A DNA stretch of 32,000 bases from Candidatus Hadarchaeota archaeon (lineage in GTDB: Archaea > Hadarchaeota > Hadarchaeia > Hadarchaeales > Hadarchaeaceae), in the NCBI GenBank assembly GCA_964514965.1, contig CAZETV010000001.1, forward strand, positions 783,063 through 815,062, written 5' to 3'. Position numbers and translations under genes: made by a program. The notes beneath the pieces were generated by a model. It was not told the DNA's origin, did not search any database, and saw only the letters and a list, made by a program, of their open reading frames with translations. Shown here in pieces: positions 27,376-32,000 of this stretch; position 1 is the first letter of the stretch; each line of letters begins with the position of its first letter.

Positions 27376-29037
27376 TTGGAGCTTAATCTTTATGATCGGG
27401 AGGGCCAGTGCGAGCCGCTGTGTTACTCTTCTGGAAAAACGCAAATCAACTTGGTGGAGGAAATATTGGAAGCCTTCCGCGGAAACGAAATAGTCTTCCT
27501 CAGGGGGACTGTTGGGAGTGGGAAATCCGTTGTCGGGCTCAGAACCATCCTCGAGTTCGGAAGGGGGATTGTATCGGTCCCCACGAAGGTTCTATCGGAT
27601 CAATATGCCGCCAGCTACGAGAGGGACAAGTACTTCACGAAAGATGACGGGTCAAAAGCCACGATAGGGATACTGAAAGGTCGAAGGAACTTCCCTTGCA
27701 TTTACCAATCGGATAAAAGAAGAGAAATTACTTGCGACAATAGCAAACTTCCCTGCAAGAGGCCTGTCGACTGGGAAAATGGGGAGAAAAGAATTGACGC
27801 CCTGCGGGAGTGCCCCTACTGGGGATTCATTTTCTCGAGCGGTTTGGCGGAGTCGATAAAGAATGTGGAGAAGGTGCCCTATCAGGGAATAACGGGGAAG
27901 TGGACTTGGTGTATGAGAGGGGAATGTCCCTACTGGAAGCAGTTTCAGGCCTACGTGTTTTCTGACGCCATTGTGATGAACTCCGCGAAGTGGGCCTCGG
28001 AGGTTAGCATAGGGAGGCTGCCAGAGGCGCCTATCACGGTCATCGACGAGGCGGATGAGTGGTTGGACTCACTCGCGGTAAAAGTTTCGTTAACTTCGAA
28101 GACGATCGGAGGCGTGCGAGAAAGGATAAGGCGAAATATCATGCTAGGCAACGATGACGGGGAAAATGAGCTGCAAGATAGACTGGAAGAACTTCGAGGT
28201 CTGTGGTCAGAAACCCTTGATGGAAAGGGAGACCCTCTGAAACTGGTTGAGTTTTTGACCGCTCTGTTTGATGAAATTGACGAGACTTCTGGGAGGTTGT
28301 ACTGGAGAATGAAGTCGGTTTTGGAGCACAGGGATTACGCGGAGTGGGAGATTGGAGAAAAGGGGATTGTCTACTTCGTCCCAGACCCTAAAATTGTTTT
28401 TCAGAAAATTCTCGATAAGGTAGGCGGCAAGTGGCTCCTGATGTCAGCGACCGCTCAGAATGAAAATGTTTTAAACGATGTGTTTGGGATAACGCCAACT
28501 TTTGTTGAGGGTGAAACCAAATTCCCAGGGAAACTTGTCCAGAGGAAGCTCGGCTCGGAAGAAGTCATCAATTATCGAAAATGGATGAATGATGGTTTCA
28601 AACAGAGATACTGGGATACCCTGCGCGAAATCATGCAGGAGGCTAAGCGCCCGGGTTTCGTGCCCGTCCATGCCCACAAGTACCTTCCCCCGAGCTTGAG
28701 GAAAAAAGTGCTGGAAAGTGGCGATGTCTGTTATTACAAAGAGGTCATGCTCAGCACCAAGATGGACAGAGGCGCTGACCTCAAGGGCATGAAGAGCGTC
28801 ATCATTTTGAAATTTCCGTATCCTGATCGTGGAGACCCGTTATTGAAAGGGATGCAGCGTCGCCTCGGTGCGGAACCCTTCCGGGGGTACTACAAGGACA
28901 TGGCCGAGAGGGAATTCGTCCAGCAAATTGGGAGGACGTTACGCTCGGATGACGATGTGGTCGAGTTCTGGAGCACAGATAACATGTGCCATGCACAGCT
29001 GAGATGGTTGTGGAAAGGTTCTATAGTTGTGGAATGA
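27376..29037 (+). CDS. SF2 helicase-like ATPase of the XPD/DinG/Rad3 type with Cys-rich insertion
   Basis: Walker A RGTVGSGKSVVG, VIDEADEW, LLMSATA, QQIGRTLRSDDD; Cys-rich stretch between motifs I and II; TTG start. Confidence 0.8.
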   Translation: MELNLYDREGQCEPLCYSSGKTQINLVEEILEAFRGNEIVFLRGTVGSGKSVVGLRTILEFGRGIVSVPTKVLSDQYAASYERDKYFTKDDGSKATIGILKGRRNFPCIYQSDKRREITCDNSKLPCKRPVDWENGEKRIDALRECPYWGFIFSSGLAESIKNVEKVPYQGITGKWTWCMRGECPYWKQFQAYVFSDAIVMNSAKWASEVSIGRLPEAPITVIDEADEWLDSLAVKVSLTSKTIGGVRERIRRNIMLGNDDGENELQDRLEELRGLWSETLDGKGDPLKLVEFLTALFDEIDETSGRLYWRMKSVLEHRDYAEWEIGEKGIVYFVPDPKIVFQKILDKVGGKWLLMSATAQNENVLNDVFGITPTFVEGETKFPGKLVQRKLGSEEVINYRKWMNDGFKQRYWDTLREIMQEAKRPGFVPVHAHKYLPPSLRKKVLESGDVCYYKEVMLSTKMDRGADLKGMKSVIILKFPYPDRGDPLLKGMQRRLGAEPFRGYYKDMAEREFVQQIGRTLRSDDDVVEFWSTDNMCHAQLRWLWKGSIVVE

Positions 29038-29114
29038 AAGAGCGGTGGGTAGATTTGAACGTGGTCTATCTACCACCTATTGATTTTTACCACGAGGAAC
29101 AAAAACTTGGTTGG

Positions 29115-29203
29115 GCCGGGGTGGCAGAGTTAGGCTAATGCGGCAGCCTCGAGAGCTGTTGACCCTTTGGGTCGTCAGGGTTCAAATCCCTGCCCCGGCG
29201 CCA
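29115..29203 (+). tRNA. tRNA-Ser(CGA), 3' CCA encoded
   Basis: Acceptor GCCGGGG/CCCCGGC; anticodon stem GCAGC/GCTGT with loop CTCGAGA (anticodon CGA); long variable arm GACCC-TTT-GGGTC; T arm CAGGG TTCAAAT CCCTG. Confidence 0.95.
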
Positions 29204-29242
29204 TCAGGACTTTTAACGATATTACCGTACAATATCTAGTGG

Positions 29243-29318
29243 GCCGCCGTGGCTCAGTTGGTAGAGCGATCGCCTCGTAAGCGATAGGTCGTGGGTTCAA
29301 TCCCCGCCGGCGGCTCCA
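29243..29318 (+). tRNA. tRNA-Thr(CGT), 3' CCA encoded
   Basis: Acceptor GCCGCCG/CGGCGGC; D stem GCTC/GAGC; anticodon stem ATCGC/GCGAT with loop CTCGTAA; T arm GTGGG TTCAATC CCCGC. Confidence 0.95.
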
Positions 29319-29334
29319 CTTTAAGTGCGCTTAG

Positions 29335-30150
29335 TCATCTCGGGAATGCGGGTTCACACCTCACCCCAAGTTCTCTGCATACCGATTCAACGTTCGAGCT
29401 TATCAGACGCCAATTTTCTGAATCTCGGGAGAGGACAAGGTATCTTTTTGCCAGACCCGGACGCTTTTTTTCAAGCACTGGCGTAAGCCTATCGAGCACC
29501 CATCGCCTCAAGTTGAGCCGGTCGTAGATGAGCCTGCTGTTCGTCCGTTTGGCAACTTCGACTACCCGTCTGATGTGTTCCTCGCTATCGTTGACCTCCG
29601 AGATAATCGGCCCTAAAAAAATCCAAGTTGCAACGCCGCGAGTCGAGAACTCTTCGAGCACTTGTGCACGTGCGTCTGGTGGTGAAGCATGAGGTTCAAG
29701 CTCTCTTGCCAGTTCGGTATCCATTGTCGTTATCGTTGCCCCTACTTCAAAACCTCTGGGCTTGATCACATCCTCGTCACGCAAAACCAAGTTTGATTTT
29801 GTCTGGATGCATACATCGAAACCTCCATGTGAAAGTAGTTCGATGCATTTGCGGGTGAGTTCGAGTTTGGCTTCCAGTGGCTGGTAAGGGTCGCATATCG
29901 TGCTGACTCCAACCGTGCCGCGTGGTTTTTTCCGCAGCTCTTTCGCCAGCACCTCGACGATATTTTGTTTTGCCCGCGCGAACTTCCCCCAGTTCATCGC
30001 AATCCATTCGTCGCGAAGGGTTGAGGGCGAGTAACAATAGATGCAGCCGTGCTCGCAACCCAAGTACGGGTTCAACGAGTACTTTAGCCCAGGCAGCTTG
30101 CTGGGGGAAAGAGCGGTCTTACATTCTATTGACGAATATTCAACGCTCAT
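29335..30150 (-). CDS. Radical SAM protein, spore photoproduct lyase-like family
   Basis: LNPYLGCEHGCIYCYSPS (CxxxCxxC), TKSNLVLRDEDVI, TWIFLGPIISEVND; 4-nt overlap with the nreA-like gene. Confidence 0.88.
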   Translation of the reverse strand: MSVEYSSIECKTALSPSKLPGLKYSLNPYLGCEHGCIYCYSPSTLRDEWIAMNWGKFARAKQNIVEVLAKELRKKPRGTVGVSTICDPYQPLEAKLELTRKCIELLSHGGFDVCIQTKSNLVLRDEDVIKPRGFEVGATITTMDTELARELEPHASPPDARAQVLEEFSTRGVATWIFLGPIISEVNDSEEHIRRVVEVAKRTNSRLIYDRLNLRRWVLDRLTPVLEKKRPGLAKRYLVLSRDSENWRLISSNVESVCRELGVRCEPAFPR

Positions 30151-31475
30151 GCGGCAAACTCCGTGATCTTTTTCTGGAACAGTGCACGTTTCAACATTTC
30201 ACTGTTTTCAATCCACTTGCGTAGTGGAATAGTAAGTTTCGTCTGTACATGATTAAGTGCTGCTTGAAGGGTGTCGAACTTCTGTGGCTCGCTCTGCATC
30301 GTTTGTCTGACGGACTCGCGCACATTCCAGACGCCAACAGGTAGGATGTAGCCGGGATGAATTTCTCGAAGCACTAGCGCCGAGGCCTGCCTCCGCTCTT
30401 GATTCAACCTCTCGGCAACCGCCAGCCTGCAAGCGTAGTAACACCCACCAACATCGGGGTAAGTTGTCCGGCCTCGGTAGGGCTCGAAGTCCCCCATTAT
30501 CGCTGGGGCGGCGGCACTTTTGTCGGGATTCCAAGTTGTGCCCGGGAACCAAGCCTCGATCCACTCGAAGCTCCAGCTTTCAGGCATCAGGATTGCGACG
30601 AACAGGTTGTCAAGGTGTTTGAAAAAGTAGACACGATACTCGTCGATCGTGTTGTGTTGCTTTATTCGATTGATGAGCTCGAGGGATAGTATCGAGTCGA
30701 CCGCTGTGATGCTCCAGCGGGTCGGGATGAGCTTCCTACGCTTTTGGAAGCCGAACATGCCCAAGCTGAAAGCCCGTTGGATGCGCGTGACCAAAACATC
30801 ATCTTCGTAGAGCCCAACAACCGCATCAGCCGCCTTAAAGTCCCGGTCGTAGAATGCGCGTTCTATTCTGTGGTCAACACTCACGTCTGAAGTTTTGAAT
30901 GATCGCAGCGGCGCGGAGGGACCGAATGGCTGGGACTCCCCGCTCAGGGTTATCACCTTGTTAGGAACTCTCGTGAGCATAGCTTCAGCATCGACGGGCC
31001 GCTTCCCCATAGCCAGCTCCTGAAGCGTGTCGAGTAGCCTCCCGCCGAATTGGGCGTTGTACACGCTTGCCCGCACCTTCCCACGGATTAGAGCGAAGCG
31101 ATAATCGATTATGTCTTGGATACTTTTTCCAACCCACAGCTCAGGAGTGTCGAGGATTTCGGTGTCGCCTTGGTAGGGAGGTACCATGGGGCCGATGTAA
31201 ACTTTGGGATAGCCTATGCGCCCGACGAATACTCCTGGGGGCGTCGAGCCCTGGATGTGCGGGGAGGGGATTTTCAGGCTCGATTTGGCGAGCGATTGCG
31301 CTTTGGCCACGATCGGGCATCTCAGCTTGCCACAGAGCATCCGCCCGCCCTTGCACAGCAGGCAAAGGGAGCTTGAGGGGGCTCGGGCAACTTTGATGTC
31401 TCTGAATGCCGCGAGTTCGCCAACTTGTTTGGTCGCGATGATGTCTCGAAGCCATTTAATATTAGTTGGTGGCAT
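30147..31475 (-). CDS. nreA: NreA-like DNA repair protein with C-terminal PIP-box-like motif
   Basis: CLLCKGGRMLCGKLRCPI zinc motif, GSTPPGVFVGRIGYPKVYIGPMVPP, C-terminus FQKKITEFAA. Confidence 0.88.
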   Translation of the reverse strand: MPPTNIKWLRDIIATKQVGELAAFRDIKVARAPSSSLCLLCKGGRMLCGKLRCPIVAKAQSLAKSSLKIPSPHIQGSTPPGVFVGRIGYPKVYIGPMVPPYQGDTEILDTPELWVGKSIQDIIDYRFALIRGKVRASVYNAQFGGRLLDTLQELAMGKRPVDAEAMLTRVPNKVITLSGESQPFGPSAPLRSFKTSDVSVDHRIERAFYDRDFKAADAVVGLYEDDVLVTRIQRAFSLGMFGFQKRRKLIPTRWSITAVDSILSLELINRIKQHNTIDEYRVYFFKHLDNLFVAILMPESWSFEWIEAWFPGTTWNPDKSAAAPAIMGDFEPYRGRTTYPDVGGCYYACRLAVAERLNQERRQASALVLREIHPGYILPVGVWNVRESVRQTMQSEPQKFDTLQAALNHVQTKLTIPLRKWIENSEMLKRALFQKKITEFAA

Positions 31476-31524
31476 ACAATACCCATTATACTCGGCGTAT
31501 TGGCCAATAAATGGTGGAAGTTAT

Positions 31525-32000
31525 TTGAGATTTTATGATTTTGAATCGGCGCGGGTCAAGCGATTTCTAAGGCAACACAAGGCGAGGCGAGCAGCGATTC
31601 AGCTCCCTGCAGGTTTGAAGGAACACATACAAGAAATCGTGGAACCTTTCGCTGAGATGGGTGTCCAGACACTCGTGTTGGCGGACAGTTGTTATGGCGC
31701 CTGCGATTTGGCCGATGTAAAGGCAAAGCAGCTTGGGTGTGATGTGCTGGTTCACTATGGACATGCAGACATGGGACTGCCCGCCTGTTTGCCAGCGCTC
31801 TACATCGAGGCACGAATGCCGGCTGACCCGCTCGGGGTGGTTGAGCGAGCGCTGTCCGAGTTGAAGTTCAAGCGCGTGGGGCTGCTCACTACAGTTCAAC
31901 ACATTGCCCGCCTGCTGGATGTAGCGAAACTCCTCAGCTCAAGCGGGATAAAACCGTTTATCGGCAGACCTGGAACGAGGGCGAAGTATCCCGGACAACT
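31525..32000 (+). CDS. dph2: Diphthamide biosynthesis protein Dph2 (2-(3-amino-3-carboxypropyl)histidine synthase), partial
   Basis: Not in ORF track. TTG start at 31525 after GGTGG; (M)RFYDFESARVKRFLRQHKARRAAIQLPAGLKEHIQEIVEPFAEMGVQTLVLADSCYGACDLADVKAKQLGCDVLVHYGHADMG; open to the window end. Confidence 0.92.
   Translation, partial: MRFYDFESARVKRFLRQHKARRAAIQLPAGLKEHIQEIVEPFAEMGVQTLVLADSCYGACDLADVKAKQLGCDVLVHYGHADMGLPACLPALYIEARMPADPLGVVERALSELKFKRVGLLTTVQHIARLLDVAKLLSSSGIKPFIGRPGTRAKYPGQ

Noticed and set aside
30680-30700. GGATAGTATCGAG resembling the 19-bp motif core
   Set aside because: Only about 9 bp shared and inside the nreA coding region; expected by chance.
30253-31507. Plus and minus shadow ORFs across 30253-31507
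   Set aside because: Antisense or out of frame to nreA, which has clear family motifs throughout.
31556-31902. Minus-strand ORFs 31556-31813 and 31567-31902
   Set aside because: Antisense to the recognisable dph2 coding frame.
1-32000. CRISPR array, transposon or integrase, toxin-antitoxin or defence cassette
   Set aside because: No repeat-spacer periodicity, no terminal inverted repeats, no transposase or integrase motifs; gene content is housekeeping. tRNA genes at 29.1-29.3 kb show no adjacent integrase or partial tRNA duplication.

Overview
Archaeal chromosomal segment, mostly housekeeping genes. It may be an uncultivated euryarchaeal or Hadarchaeota-like lineage, but I cannot assign it. 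Left to right: a UPF0210 protein (partial) and an ACT regulator; purC-like and purP; a membrane metallopeptidase-like ORF with an in-frame stop; a macro-domain protein; a MinD-like ATPase; tyrosyl-tRNA synthetase; an uncharacterised protein followed by a divergent primase-like (AEP) protein; CBS, zinc-binding, Ogg-type glycosylase and radical-SAM genes; Hsp20; ACT, hom, thrC and glyA; a replication cluster (MCM, GINS, Orc1/Cdc6, PolD small subunit, HAD phosphatase, PolD large subunit); an XPD/DinG-like helicase; tRNA-Ser(CGA) and tRNA-Thr(CGT); a radical-SAM (SPL-like) and NreA pair; and dph2 (partial). Two partial genes at the window ends (UPF0210 and dph2) and a 46-aa Cys-rich gene are absent from the supplied ORF track. 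The best leads are (i) an AEP-primase homologue in which the catalytic Asp and His positions appear replaced, next to an uncharacterised gene, with the same 19-bp motif upstream of each, and (ii) an inverted pair of ORB-like elements around an AT-rich stretch at the tyrS/unknown-gene boundary, a candidate replication origin. I did not find a CRISPR array, transposon, intein or defence island. All family calls are by motif recognition from the sequence alone; no database search was run.
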